Shown: positions 55,477-55,504 of the stretch, piece after piece
Layout of the letters: the number at the start of each line of letters is the position of its first letter
Position numbering within the stretch: position 1 is the first letter of the stretch
From: Candidatus Iainarchaeum sp.
Lineage (GTDB): Archaea > Iainarchaeota > Iainarchaeia > Iainarchaeales > VGJJ01
DNA: 55,504 nt
Assembly (NCBI GenBank): GCA_043803765.1
Contig: JAZDJQ010000007.1
Location: forward strand, 1-55,504
Reading direction: 5' to 3'
Notes under the pieces: generated by a model
What the model was told of the DNA's origin: nothing
The model's database searches: none
What the model saw: the letters and a program-made list of their open reading frames with translations, nothing else
Translations under genes and position numbers: made by a program

Positions 55477-55504
55477 AAAGACCCAATAATTTTGTCCCAG
55501 AGTC

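Larger units (their letters stand above)
26633..55504. mobile_element. Integrated accessory island (T4SS-like module, TA systems, defence genes, IS); right end not in window
   Basis: Begins where the cpaF-like gene breaks; contains only mobile, defence and surface genes and no housekeeping genes; left boundary approximate. Confidence 0.65.
54245..55504. mobile_element. Insertion sequence (archaeal ISNCY/IS5-like) with terminal inverted repeats
   Basis: gactctgggacataatt (54245-54261) matches the reverse complement of aattttgtcccagagtc (55488-55504) at 16/17; encloses a transposase and a DUF2080-like gene. Confidence 0.88.

Overview
Archaeal DNA, most likely from a DPANN lineage and tentatively Diapherotrites/Iainarchaeota. 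The evidence is class III signal-peptide pilins, TATA boxes about 25 bp before start codons, tRNAs without encoded CCA, and D-x-N-rich surface proteins. Positions 1-26.6 kb are host chromosome: argS, three tRNAs, a HIT protein, a nucleotidyltransferase, a subtilase, a large type IV pilus locus, uppS and DUF192. A second CpaF/TadA-like ATPase is cut off at about 26.63 kb, and everything after it reads as an integrated accessory island. The island carries a minimal T4SS-like module (VirB2-like pilin, VirB6-like, PrgI-like, VirB4) with no relaxase or integrase visible in the window. The module is split by an oppositely oriented operon of exported proteins that ends in an M64-like metallopeptidase. 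Behind the peptidase lie two orphan cassettes, each a homologue of its C-terminal tail coupled to a small membrane-protein gene, plus a third small membrane-protein gene facing the peptidase; this is the most interesting feature. The rest of the island holds an AbiEi/AbiEii pair, a TrmB-like regulator, two PD-(D/E)XK nucleases, a SNF2-DUF1156-DUF499 restriction-like module, a wHTH/UPF0175-PIN-TGT-like operon, and a complete IS whose right inverted repeat coincides with the window end. All family assignments come from motif recognition by eye; no searches were run.
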